Notes under the pieces: model-generated
The model's input: only the letters and a program-made list of their open reading frames with translations
Databases searched by the model: none
What the model was told of the DNA's origin: nothing
Origin: Bacteroidota bacterium
GTDB lineage: Bacteria; Bacteroidota; Bacteroidia; UKL13-3
Direction of reading: 5' to 3'
Assembly: GCA_027487835.1 (NCBI GenBank)
Contig: JAIYCU010000020.1
Coordinates: 10,970 to 74,969 of the forward strand
Length of the DNA stretch: 64,000 nucleotides
Position numbers and translations under genes: made by a program
Shown here: one piece after another, positions 49,382 to 59,367 of the stretch
Position numbering within the stretch: position 1 is the first letter of the stretch
Layout: the number at the start of each line of letters is the position of its first letter

Positions 49382-51553
49382 ATGAAAAAACAATTTATAC
49401 TAATCGTTTTTACTTTATTATTTGCATTTGGGTCAAACAGCCAAACTAAAATAACTTTAGAAGATATATGGACCAAAGGAACTTTTTCTGCCCGCGGCGT
49501 AGCTGGTTTTAACTCTTTGAAAGATGGTAGATACTATTGTAATTTAGATGATGAACAAAATCTCTTGCGTTATGCTTTTGCAAGCGGAAGGGTAGTAGAT
49601 ACCTTGGTTAAGATTAGTGAGGTGAAAAAAGCAAATGGCGGTTTGAACCTAAGTATTAGTAATTTTAGTTTTAGCGAAGATGAATCTAAACTTTTGATTG
49701 CAACTGAAACAGAAGCAATTTACAGACATAGTAGTCAGAGTATTTTTTATGTGTTTGATTTGCAAAAGAAAACCTTACTAAACCCAATAAAAGATAAGGT
49801 GCGTTATGCCACACTTTCGTCAGATGCGTCTAAGCTTGCCTTTGTAAGAAACAATGATTTGTATTACTATGATTTTAGGTTGAACCAAGAGTTTAGAATT
49901 ACCAAGGATGGAAAAGATAATGAGGTGATAAATGGTGCAACTGATTGGGTGTACGAAGAAGAGTTTGCCATTTGGAAAGGATTTTCTTGGAATGGAAGTG
50001 GCGATAAAATTGCCTTTTATCGGTTTGATGAAAGCAAGGTGCCACAGTTTGAAATGACCATGTATGGAACCTTATATCCTAAACAAGATAAGTTTAAATA
50101 TCCTAAAGCTGGCGAAGCCAATTCTTTGGTAAATATTTTTGTATATGACCTGAAAACAGAATTGATTACTGAGATTGAAACTGGAAAAGAAACAGATATT
50201 TATTTGCCGCGTATGCAATGGACTCAAAACAACGAGGTGCTTTGTGTGCAAAGATTAAACCGTCTTCAAAATAAATTAGAGTTGCTTTTGGCTGATGCAA
50301 AAAATGGCAAATCAAAAGTAATTTATACAGAAACCAACCCATATTATATAGATATTACCGATAACTTAACTTTTTTAAATGATGGGAAGTCCTTTGTGTT
50401 TACAAGCGAACGTGATGGGTTCAACCATATTTATCTTTTTGATTTGAATGGCAAACTTCAAAAGCAATTAACCAAAGGCAATTATGATGTAGATGAGTTT
50501 TTAGGGGTAGATGCCAAAAATAAAATGGTTTACTATTCTTCATCTGAAGTGAATGCTGCCGAACGCTATATTTATGCTATTGGATTGAATGGAAAAAATA
50601 AGGCGAAGTTGAGCAATGGAAAAGGCTGGCATAATGCCTACTTTAATTCAGATTACTCTTTCTACCTAGATGTGTTTAGCGATATCAATACACCTCCAGT
50701 ATATGCTTTGTTGAACCGAAAAGGCGAAACAGTAAGAGTGTTAGAAGATAACAATGCCTTGCGTGAAAAATTAAAATCTTACCAAATTGCAAAAGCAAGC
50801 TTTGCTGAGATGCAAAATGAAGTAGGCGATAATATGAACTATTTTAGCATTTTACCTAGCCAGTTTGATAGCACAAAAAAATATCCTGTTTTAATGTACG
50901 TGTATGGGGGTCCGGGTAGCCAAACAGTGATGAATCGCTGGAGTGGGGCCAATTATTTTTGGTATCAACATTTGGCGCAACAAGGGTACATCATTGTTTC
51001 GGTAGATGGCAGAGGTACTGGTTTTAAAGGCGAGAAGTTTAAAAAATGCACTTATCTTAACTTGGGTAAGTTTGAAATAGAAGACCAAATTTATGCAGCC
51101 AAGCAGTTGGCACAACTTCCTTTTGTAGATGCAAACCGTATAGGCATTTGGGGTTGGAGTTTTGGCGGTTATATGGCAGGCCTAGGCATAAGCAAAGGAA
51201 ACGATGTTTTTAAAGCAGCCATATCTGTGGCACCTGTAACCAATTGGCGCTATTATGATAATATTTATACAGAGCGTTTTATGCGCACCCCACAAGAAAA
51301 CGGTAAAAATTACGACGACAATTCACCGATGAATCATGTAGAGAAAATCAAAGGTAATTATCTCATTATACACGGTACTGCAGACGATAATGTGCATTTT
51401 CAGAATGCAGTAGAGATGGTTGACCAAATGATTAAAAAGGGTGTTAGGTTCGACTCTGAATTTTATCCTAATAAAAACCATGGCATCGGCGGCTCAAGGG
51501 TAAGGCTTCATTTATATGAAAGAATGACAAGGTTTTTGGTTGAGAAGTTGTAA
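49382..51553 (+). CDS. Dipeptidyl-peptidase IV (peptidase S9B)
   Basis: Signal peptide, DPP-IV N-terminal beta-propeller, catalytic GWSFGGY serine motif, C-terminal Asp/His. Confidence 0.9.
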   Translation: MKKQFILIVFTLLFAFGSNSQTKITLEDIWTKGTFSARGVAGFNSLKDGRYYCNLDDEQNLLRYAFASGRVVDTLVKISEVKKANGGLNLSISNFSFSEDESKLLIATETEAIYRHSSQSIFYVFDLQKKTLLNPIKDKVRYATLSSDASKLAFVRNNDLYYYDFRLNQEFRITKDGKDNEVINGATDWVYEEEFAIWKGFSWNGSGDKIAFYRFDESKVPQFEMTMYGTLYPKQDKFKYPKAGEANSLVNIFVYDLKTELITEIETGKETDIYLPRMQWTQNNEVLCVQRLNRLQNKLELLLADAKNGKSKVIYTETNPYYIDITDNLTFLNDGKSFVFTSERDGFNHIYLFDLNGKLQKQLTKGNYDVDEFLGVDAKNKMVYYSSSEVNAAERYIYAIGLNGKNKAKLSNGKGWHNAYFNSDYSFYLDVFSDINTPPVYALLNRKGETVRVLEDNNALREKLKSYQIAKASFAEMQNEVGDNMNYFSILPSQFDSTKKYPVLMYVYGGPGSQTVMNRWSGANYFWYQHLAQQGYIIVSVDGRGTGFKGEKFKKCTYLNLGKFEIEDQIYAAKQLAQLPFVDANRIGIWGWSFGGYMAGLGISKGNDVFKAAISVAPVTNWRYYDNIYTERFMRTPQENGKNYDDNSPMNHVEKIKGNYLIIHGTADDNVHFQNAVEMVDQMIKKGVRFDSEFYPNKNHGIGGSRVRLHLYERMTRFLVEKL

Positions 51554-51556
51554 GGA

Positions 51557-51620
51557 GACCATAGTCCATGGACTATGGTCAATATCTTAAGTGGATATTA
51601 AGAGTGTACTCTTTTTTTTA
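51557..51620. terminator. Compound terminator: perfect 24-bp palindrome plus a second hairpin and a T-run
   Basis: GACCATAGTCCATGGACTATGGTC (51557-51580), then AATATC-ttaagtg-GATATT, then CTCTTTTTTTT. Confidence 0.7.
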
Positions 51621-51664
51621 ACTATATCTTCGTATTGTATTTAACCACCATAAAATTAAACGCC

Positions 51665-53341
51665 ATGAAAAAGATACATTTACCATTAATTGCAATCTTA
51701 TTGTTTGCATTAAATGTGCGGATTGCTAACGCTGCTTGTGCCCCATCTTTTACAGCTTCTATAAACAACTTTGTAGTAACCTTTACAAATACTTCAACTA
51801 CCACAAGTGGTTTTCCAAATAAAATTATATCCTATTGGAATTTTGGAGACAATACAATTTCCAGTGAAAAGAATCCCGTAAAAACATATACCTCCTCAGG
51901 GTATAAAATAGTTAGTTTAACCATGAATGATTCTTTTGGTTGCGTCCAAACCTTTGTGGATACCATATTAATTACAGCAGTTGGTAATTTTTGCAATGCA
52001 TCTTTTACAAAATCATTTACAGGATTAAGTATTTATTTTCAAAATACTTCAAAAAACACCAATGGCTTAGCGGGTGGTTTAACCTCTATGTGGGATTTTG
52101 GAGATGGCACTACTTCTGTTGCCACGCATCCTACCAAGACATTTGCCACACCTGGAAAAAAGATTGTTAAACTTGTAATAAGGGATAGCGTTCAGGCCTG
52201 TTTTGCAACTAGGATTGATACCTTTTATGTTCATAATGCTAGCACTTGTAATGCGAGTTATGTAAGTTCAAGAAATGGAATGACACTTAATTTTATTAAT
52301 ACCTCCACAACCATTTCAAGTGTGCCTAATAGGGTTACTTATTATTGGGAATTTGGAGACGGAACGGTTTCAAATTTAAAAGACCCTGTTAAAACCTATT
52401 CAAATCAAGGTGCATGGAACGTCGTTCTTAGGATTCAGGATTCTTTAGGTTGCTCTGATGTTGTGTCGGATACTGTTTTTGTAAGTGCAACAGGAACAAA
52501 TTGCAAAGCAGCCTTTAGCAAAAGTGTGAATGGTTTGCTGGTAAATTTTAATAGCTCCTCATTAAACTCAACCGGGTTTAGTGCCGGTCTAAACTACCTT
52601 TGGTCTTTTGGGGATAGCACAACTTCAACACAAAGAAATCCAGTAAAAAACTATCTGACAGGCGGTCCGAAGTTGGTTCAACTTACTATTTCAGACACTA
52701 CCCAAGGATGTTTCGATACGTATTACGACTCGTTATTTTTGGTAGGTCCAACGGTTTATTGCAGTGCAAGGTTTCAAGTAGGTTTTGACACCACCACTCC
52801 TTTTCAATTTTATATTTTAAACACAAGTCTAATTAGACCAAACTCTACTTTTCTTTGGAATTTTGGTGATGGTGGAAGCTCTACCGCATTAGCGCCTTCG
52901 CATACTTACGCTAATTTTGGTTCATACCTTGTTTGTTTAACCGTTTCAGATTCGATGTGCACCAGTACTTTTTGTGATTCAGTAGGGATGGATTCTTCAG
53001 GAACTCTACTTAAACAAGGGAAATTCGGGTTTAGGACTTTGGATTATACTACCTTACTTCCAAGTACCGGAAATAATACTTTGAATTCAAAATTGGAGTA
53101 TTCTATTTATCCAAACCCTACCAATAGCCTTATTAATGTTGAGTTGAACCTAAAGAACGCATCACAAGTTAAATTCATCCTCTCAGATTTTTCTGGAAAA
53201 ATATTGCTGAATAAGGAAATGCAAGCACCTTCTGGTTTGTGGAGTGAAAGCATTAACCTTAGCGAATTACAACCAGCTCTTTATTTGCTGCATATAATAA
53301 CTGATGAAGGTATTAAAATGAGTAAGATAATTAAGAATTAA
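51665..53341 (+). CDS. Secreted protein with five tandem PKD-like domains and a T9SS C-terminal sorting domain
   Basis: Signal MKKIHLPLIAILLFALNVRIANA; five ~90-aa repeats each with W(N/D/E)FGDG and flanking Cys; C-terminal YSIYPNPTNSLINVEL...GIKMSKIIKN. Confidence 0.8.
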   Translation: MKKIHLPLIAILLFALNVRIANAACAPSFTASINNFVVTFTNTSTTTSGFPNKIISYWNFGDNTISSEKNPVKTYTSSGYKIVSLTMNDSFGCVQTFVDTILITAVGNFCNASFTKSFTGLSIYFQNTSKNTNGLAGGLTSMWDFGDGTTSVATHPTKTFATPGKKIVKLVIRDSVQACFATRIDTFYVHNASTCNASYVSSRNGMTLNFINTSTTISSVPNRVTYYWEFGDGTVSNLKDPVKTYSNQGAWNVVLRIQDSLGCSDVVSDTVFVSATGTNCKAAFSKSVNGLLVNFNSSSLNSTGFSAGLNYLWSFGDSTTSTQRNPVKNYLTGGPKLVQLTISDTTQGCFDTYYDSLFLVGPTVYCSARFQVGFDTTTPFQFYILNTSLIRPNSTFLWNFGDGGSSTALAPSHTYANFGSYLVCLTVSDSMCTSTFCDSVGMDSSGTLLKQGKFGFRTLDYTTLLPSTGNNTLNSKLEYSIYPNPTNSLINVELNLKNASQVKFILSDFSGKILLNKEMQAPSGLWSESINLSELQPALYLLHIITDEGIKMSKIIKN

Positions 53342-53409
53342 AGGATTTTCAATTCTTCACCACGCATTTATTAATTCTGAGTTTCTTTGGGATGCAATTA
53401 AAAAATAAA

Positions 53410-54147
53410 CTATTCTCCAAATACCTTTTTTAAAATTTCGCTTACTCGGTGCAATGGGTCTCTTCTAATTTTTCTTTCTTCGTCGCCTACTTTTACAAAT
53501 AGGCCTTCTAGTGCTTTTTCTGTAACATGTTGGCTCAATGAATTGGTTTTAATTTCTGGCCAAAGAATACCTCCTAAAGAAGCAGTATTGTAGGCATTGA
53601 TTAAATCTGTATAGGCTTTTTCAGCTGAGGTATTTAAGACCAATGGTTTGCTTAATGAACTTTGAATTTTTGGCTTAAATAAGTCGGTTAATGGAATCTT
53701 AGTTTTATCGGCTAAGTAAATAGTTGCAGCAGTGTCTCCACCATTTAAAATAGTGAACCCATCTGCAATACTAATGCCTGTAATGGCTTCTACAAATATA
53801 GTTTTAGCTTCTGGAGCAGCATCTTCTGCTGCCCTGTTTATGGCCATTACGGCATTGTTTAAAAGGCTTTGGCCACCTGGAATGCTGCTTAATACATTGT
53901 ATACAGGTTCAGCTTCCTTAGGCAATAAAATCTTTACTATATCATCTTTGTAATAACCATCCAATGCAGATAAGCGAGTTACCGAAGTGTCTGTGCCTAC
54001 ATTAAGAGCCGTTTTTAAACCTGTAATTACTTCTTCATTACTAAGACCCAAGTCCTCTAAAATTTTTGAAGCTTCTTCACATGAGCTAAAGCTTAAAGAA
54101 CCAAGCAGTAGCCAAAATAGTAGGATGAATTTTCTGCTGTTATTCAT
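53410..54147 (-). CDS. DUF4197-like hypothetical lipoprotein
   Basis: MNNSRKFILLFWLLLGSLSFSSCEE lipoprotein signal; helical body. Confidence 0.5.
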   Translation of the reverse strand: MNNSRKFILLFWLLLGSLSFSSCEEASKILEDLGLSNEEVITGLKTALNVGTDTSVTRLSALDGYYKDDIVKILLPKEAEPVYNVLSSIPGGQSLLNNAVMAINRAAEDAAPEAKTIFVEAITGISIADGFTILNGGDTAATIYLADKTKIPLTDLFKPKIQSSLSKPLVLNTSAEKAYTDLINAYNTASLGGILWPEIKTNSLSQHVTEKALEGLFVKVGDEERKIRRDPLHRVSEILKKVFGE

Positions 54148-54227
54148 ATTACAATGATAACAAGTTTTCTTCACATTTGAAAAAGTGCCAACAATACATA
54201 TATTGCATTCCAAACTAAAAATCAAAA

Positions 54228-55922
54228 ATGAGTCAAATAGCTACAACAACAACCCATCCTAAAGGTTTATGGGTATTATTTGGTACAGAAATGTGGGAGC
54301 GATTTAATTTTTATGGAATGCGCGCAATTCTAACCTTATTCATGGTAAATGCACTTTTGATGAAGGAGGAAGATGCCTCTTTAACCTACGGTGCCTTTTT
54401 AGGTTTATGTTATCTAACTCCAATGTTGGGTGGTTTCATAGCAGATAGGTTTTTTGGAAACAGAAATTGCATTTTACTCGGCGGTATTATGATGGCAATT
54501 GGGCAATTTATGCTTTTTGCTAGTGCAAGTGTTTTTGGCACCAACCTAGCTTTGGCAAACACTTTAATGTGGTCTGCTTTGGCTGTTATTATTTTTGGAA
54601 ATGGTTTTTTTAAGCCCAATATTTCTAGTATGGTTGGTAGTTTGTATCCCAAACAAGAAAAAAACAAATTAGATACAGCCTTTACGATTTTTTACATGGG
54701 TATTAATTTAGGTGCATTTTTGGGACAAATGATATGTCCATTTCTTGGAGATGTAAAAGATTCTGGTGGTATCAGAGATATTCACGCTTTTAAATGGGGG
54801 TTTTTAGCTGCATCTGCGGCTATGGTTATTGGGACAGCTGTTTTCTTTTTTCTAAAAGATAAATATGTTGTAACTCCTGATGGTAAGCCATTGGGTGGAC
54901 TTCCTTCAAAAAATGAATCCTCAGATTTTGAAGATGGTGAATCACAAAAAGCGGTATTTACAACTACTTCATTGATAGGTTCAGTAATTGCTTTTATTGC
55001 TTTATTTTTTGCATTTAGATATATGTTAGATGGACATAATTTTGTAAAAACAGTTATCTATCCAATTATCTATGCAAGCGGACTAACACTAGCTGGATTA
55101 ATTGTAACCGATAGTTCATTAACTAAAGTAGAAAGAGAAAGAATTTATGTGATTTATATTGTAGCTTTTTTTATTATTTTCTTTTGGGCCGCCTTTGAGC
55201 AAGCCGGCTCATCATTGACTTTTATTGCCGATAATCAAACAGATAGAACATTCTTATTTGGATGGCAAATGCCTGCTTCTATGATTCAAGTTTTTAATGG
55301 TGTTTTTGTTTTTGCCTTTGCCTTTCCATTTAGCATGCTTTGGGATAAGTTAAGAGCAGCAGGTAAAGAGCCAATTTCTCCTGTAAAACAATCAATTGGT
55401 TTAGGTTTAATTGCTATTAGTTATTTTATAATAGCGCACAATGTGAAAGATTTAGGCAATAGTGGTTTGTTAGGAATTAAATGGTTAATCTTGTTATATC
55501 TTATCCAGACTTTTGCAGAATTATGCCTTTCCCCAATTGGATTATCCTTAGTAGGTAAATTATCACCAAAGAGATTTGCATCTTTGTTATTTGGGGTATT
55601 CTTTCTATCAAATGCTGCTGGTTATGCCCTTGCTGGGACTTTAGGTTCAATACTGCCTGCTACAGGTGATAAATTTATGAAAGCGCAGTCTCTAGGTATT
55701 GATTTGCAAGCTGTTCTGGATAAAACTGTTATCCCTACTGCAGAACAACTAAAACTTTTAGAAGAGAACCAAATTAACCCACAAAACCCTGTTTTTGGCG
55801 GGTTTGAAATTCACAATTTATATGAATTTTTTATGGTGTTTGTGGTTTTAACTGGAATAGCGGCAATTATCTTATTTTTATTAACTCCAATTCTGAAAAG
55901 AATGATGCATGGTGTAAGATAA
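54228..55922 (+). CDS. POT/PTR2-family proton-dependent di/tripeptide transporter
   Basis: GTEMWERFNFYGMRAILTLFMV and FYMGINLGAF PTR2 signatures. Confidence 0.9.
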   Translation: MSQIATTTTHPKGLWVLFGTEMWERFNFYGMRAILTLFMVNALLMKEEDASLTYGAFLGLCYLTPMLGGFIADRFFGNRNCILLGGIMMAIGQFMLFASASVFGTNLALANTLMWSALAVIIFGNGFFKPNISSMVGSLYPKQEKNKLDTAFTIFYMGINLGAFLGQMICPFLGDVKDSGGIRDIHAFKWGFLAASAAMVIGTAVFFFLKDKYVVTPDGKPLGGLPSKNESSDFEDGESQKAVFTTTSLIGSVIAFIALFFAFRYMLDGHNFVKTVIYPIIYASGLTLAGLIVTDSSLTKVERERIYVIYIVAFFIIFFWAAFEQAGSSLTFIADNQTDRTFLFGWQMPASMIQVFNGVFVFAFAFPFSMLWDKLRAAGKEPISPVKQSIGLGLIAISYFIIAHNVKDLGNSGLLGIKWLILLYLIQTFAELCLSPIGLSLVGKLSPKRFASLLFGVFFLSNAAGYALAGTLGSILPATGDKFMKAQSLGIDLQAVLDKTVIPTAEQLKLLEENQINPQNPVFGGFEIHNLYEFFMVFVVLTGIAAIILFLLTPILKRMMHGVR

Positions 55923-55925
55923 GCT

Positions 55926-57434
55926 ATGAACAAATTAACTTTAGCAGAAATACAGAATTTTAAAGGCAAGTACCCCAAGCAATTGTGGTACTTGTTTTTT
56001 AGTGAAATGTGGGAACGTTTTAGTTTCTACGGCATGCGCGGAATGCTTATCATTTTTATGGTTAGTAAACTGCAAATGAATTCAGAAGTAGCCAACCTGC
56101 AATATGGCGCAACTCAAGCTTTTGTATACGCATTCACGTTTGTGGGTGGAATGTTTGCTGATAAGATTTTAGGTTATAGGAAATCCCTTTTTTGGGGTGG
56201 AATTCTAATGATTATTGGGAGTGTTATTTTGGCTATTGACCCCACTCGGTTTTTCTTTACTGGTATTGGTTTTACCATAATTGGCACGGGCTTTTTTAAA
56301 CCCAATATTTCTACCATCGTTGGTAAATTATATGCCGAAGGTGATACAAGAACAGATGCAGGTTTTTCTCTCTTTTATGCTGGAGTTAATCTAGGTGCCC
56401 TCATTGGTGGCTACCTCTGCATTGCAGTGGCTAATGGTAATTTACTAGAAAACATAGTACCAGAAGCCTTGCGTTGGAACGTTGCATTTGGTTTTGCATC
56501 TGTGGTAATGGTAATAAGTTTGCTCACTTTTGTAAATACCCAAAAAAGCCTAGGCGAAATAGGGGAGTCGCCCTTGCAAGACTTGCCTAAACATAAAAGG
56601 AACTTGTATGAATGGCTAACCTTTGTTGGCTCCATTGCATTTATTCCGCTTGTAGTGCTCATGGTTTCCAATGCAGATTATACCGATTTGTTTATGAAAA
56701 TTATCGGTCCGTTTTCTTTGGTTTATCTTTTTTACGAAATGAAAAATTTCAATGCCAAAGAGAATAAAAAGCTTTTGGCTGCTTTGGTGTTCATTTTATT
56801 CTCCATTTTGTTTTGGGCCTTTTTTGAACAAAGTGGAGGCTCATTAAGCTTGTTTGCTGCCAATAATTTAAGCAATGAATTGGTGGGTATTAAGCTTGAT
56901 CCAAATGGCGTAAATAATTCAGCCAATTCACTTTTTGTCATTGTATTTGCAGCCTTGGTGGGCATCTTATGGATTTGGATGGCCAAGCTTAAAATAGAGC
57001 CTAATACGGTAGTTAAATTCGGACTCGGGTTTTTGTTTTTAGCAGGTGGTTTTTATGTGTTTTACCAAACCCAATTCTTTGCCAATGAGCAAGGCATTAC
57101 CTCTTTAAACTTATTCACCTTTGGCTGGTTTATCATCACCTTTGGAGAGTTGTGTTTATCGCCAATTGGCATGTCTATCATGACAAAATTATCTCCTCAA
57201 AAATTGCAAGCGGTAATGATGGGAATGTGGTTTTTGGCTAGCGCATATGGACAATATTTGGCCGGAATTTTAGGAGCAAATATTGCCAGTGCCTCAGAAA
57301 ATGCCAATAATTTAGATAAGCTTATTATATACACAAACGGTTATAAACAATTAGCCATTTATGCGCTAATAGCAGGTGTGGTGCTAATTTTGATTTCTCC
57401 ATTAGTTAAAAAATTAATGCAAGAAGTAAAGTAA
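55926..57434 (+). CDS. POT/PTR2-family di/tripeptide transporter (second tandem copy)
   Basis: FSEMWERFSFYGMRGMLIIFMV and FYAGVNLGAL. Confidence 0.9.
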   Translation: MNKLTLAEIQNFKGKYPKQLWYLFFSEMWERFSFYGMRGMLIIFMVSKLQMNSEVANLQYGATQAFVYAFTFVGGMFADKILGYRKSLFWGGILMIIGSVILAIDPTRFFFTGIGFTIIGTGFFKPNISTIVGKLYAEGDTRTDAGFSLFYAGVNLGALIGGYLCIAVANGNLLENIVPEALRWNVAFGFASVVMVISLLTFVNTQKSLGEIGESPLQDLPKHKRNLYEWLTFVGSIAFIPLVVLMVSNADYTDLFMKIIGPFSLVYLFYEMKNFNAKENKKLLAALVFILFSILFWAFFEQSGGSLSLFAANNLSNELVGIKLDPNGVNNSANSLFVIVFAALVGILWIWMAKLKIEPNTVVKFGLGFLFLAGGFYVFYQTQFFANEQGITSLNLFTFGWFIITFGELCLSPIGMSIMTKLSPQKLQAVMMGMWFLASAYGQYLAGILGANIASASENANNLDKLIIYTNGYKQLAIYALIAGVVLILISPLVKKLMQEVK

Positions 57435-57461
57435 TTTCCCACAAACCATATTTTTAAGAAA

Positions 57462-57493
57462 GGGGCTTGGGTCAAACCGAGCCTCTTTTTTTT
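57462..57493 (+). terminator. Rho-independent terminator
   Basis: GGGGCTTGG-gtcaaa-CCGAGCCTC (two G-U pairs) followed by T8. Confidence 0.65.
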
Positions 57494-57504
57494 ATACTTG
57501 TACC

Positions 57505-58227
57505 ATGCTGCAAAATATAGACCTCACCAAAATATTGGTTTTAGACATAGAAACTGTTCCACAATATGCCGCATTTGATAAGTTGCCAGAAACTTGGCAA
57601 TACCTATGGAAGAAGAAAGCGGCTTCTCTTAAAAAAGAACAGGATGAGACCGAAATTGACATTTATCCAAGGGCAGGGATTTATGCAGAATTTGGTAAAA
57701 TTGTTTGCATTTCTTGTGGCTTTTTTAGTAGATCTGGTACTGAGTATTTATTTAGAGTTAAATCTTTTTATGGCGACGAAGAGAAGCGTTTGTTGGCAGA
57801 TTTTGCAAACATGTTAAACGCCCATTTCAATAAACCCGATCACTCTTTGTGCGCGCATAATGGGAAAGAATTTGACTATCCATTTATTGCACGTCGTTGT
57901 TTGCTGAATGGCCTCGAAATTCCTAGTATCTTAAATATTGCTGGCAAAAAACCTTGGGAAATAAACCTTTTAGACACCATGGAACTTTGGAAGTTTGGCG
58001 ATTATAAAAGTTATACCTCATTAGAACTTTTGGCTGCTTCTTTTGATATTCCAACCCCTAAAGATGATATTGATGGCAGCATGGTTTGGAAAGTATATTG
58101 GGAAGAAAATAACTTAGAACGCATTAAAACCTATTGCCAAAAAGATGTGGTAACAGTTGCACAATTGCTGTTAAAATTTAGAAATGAAAAGCTTTTGCAT
58201 GAATCAATGGTGCAAATGATTGACTAA
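57505..58227 (+). CDS. Stand-alone 3'-5' exonuclease (PolB-like / DnaQ-like exonuclease fold)
   Basis: ILVLDIETVP Exo I motif and downstream acidic residues; 240 aa. Confidence 0.6.
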   Translation: MLQNIDLTKILVLDIETVPQYAAFDKLPETWQYLWKKKAASLKKEQDETEIDIYPRAGIYAEFGKIVCISCGFFSRSGTEYLFRVKSFYGDEEKRLLADFANMLNAHFNKPDHSLCAHNGKEFDYPFIARRCLLNGLEIPSILNIAGKKPWEINLLDTMELWKFGDYKSYTSLELLAASFDIPTPKDDIDGSMVWKVYWEENNLERIKTYCQKDVVTVAQLLLKFRNEKLLHESMVQMID

Positions 58228-58230
58228 ATG

Positions 58231-59349
58231 TCAAACGTTTAGCTTTTTCATCAGGTTTTGAATAATCCCGGTCCAGCTGTAGGTTTCAAAAAATTGTATT
58301 GGTAATGGGTTTCGGTTTGAACCAAAATGCGTTTGAACCAATTGAATGAAAGCGTCCCAATCTTGGTCTTTGGCAACTTTTAAATGATCGCCACAAACAT
58401 TAGGGTTAATTCCTTCTGCACCTGTTGTCGTTGAAATTACAGTTTGTCCTCTTCCTAAAGTATCAATGGCTTTGGTTTTAACTCCACCGCCGCTTAGAAT
58501 AGGATTAATCATAACATCTACACCATCAATATAGGTTTCTATATCTTCTACAAAGCCAAGGTAATGAATGTTTTTTATGGCAGCTAGGCCTTGAACCAAC
58601 TCTGAAGGTAAGTTCTTGCCACAAATAAGAATGCTAAACTGCTCTCCCATTTGTTGCTTTAAACGAGGGTAAATCTCATCTTTAATAAAAGCCACTGCAT
58701 CGTAATTGGGTTTATAGCTTAAGGTTGCAAAAAACAACAAAAGCTTATGTTCTGCTAGTAGTTGATGCCGCTCAAGCAGCAACTGGCGTGCGTTTACAAC
58801 CTTAGTAGGTAATTCACTTTGTGGAATTCCATATGGGGTGAGTAAGGTTTGGTTCAACCCTAAACCAAATTGTGTAATGGCTTTATGTTGGTCTATATCA
58901 CTTACAAAAATCACCAAATTACTTTGTCTGTAAACAAATCTTTCATAAACATAAAGTAGGCGCCACCAGGGTTTTCCCATGCTCTTAAAACGCAGGTATT
59001 CTATATTGTTGCTTCTAATAAAAACTTGTTTGCCAGTAAACCATTTAAAGAAAGGAATCATCCAACCCATCCAAGGTTGGTCAAAAAAAATGGCATCTGC
59101 CTTAAATTGCTTTATTTTGGTCAAGAGTTTAGGCAATAAAAAAATATTGGCATACCTACTTTGCTTAAAGCGCATGCCAAAGTCTATTTTAAAACTAAAG
59201 TCTTTTTTGTCTATAGGTTTATAGGGGTCAACCGTAAACACCATCATCTCATTCACCCTTGCCATATATTCCAAAATATTTTGGGTAGATATTTCACCAC
59301 CAGTAGTGGCAGGCAAAAAGGGATAGGAGATGATGGCGTAAATTCTCAA
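58231..59349 (-). CDS. Glycosyltransferase family 4 (GT-B fold)
   Basis: C-terminal GGGVKTKAIDTLGRGQTVISTTTGAEG matches the GT4 EX7E-region motif. Confidence 0.75.
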   Translation of the reverse strand: MRIYAIISYPFLPATTGGEISTQNILEYMARVNEMMVFTVDPYKPIDKKDFSFKIDFGMRFKQSRYANIFLLPKLLTKIKQFKADAIFFDQPWMGWMIPFFKWFTGKQVFIRSNNIEYLRFKSMGKPWWRLLYVYERFVYRQSNLVIFVSDIDQHKAITQFGLGLNQTLLTPYGIPQSELPTKVVNARQLLLERHQLLAEHKLLLFFATLSYKPNYDAVAFIKDEIYPRLKQQMGEQFSILICGKNLPSELVQGLAAIKNIHYLGFVEDIETYIDGVDVMINPILSGGGVKTKAIDTLGRGQTVISTTTGAEGINPNVCGDHLKVAKDQDWDAFIQLVQTHFGSNRNPLPIQFFETYSWTGIIQNLMKKLNV

Positions 59350-59367
59350 GTTAATTGAAATTCAATT

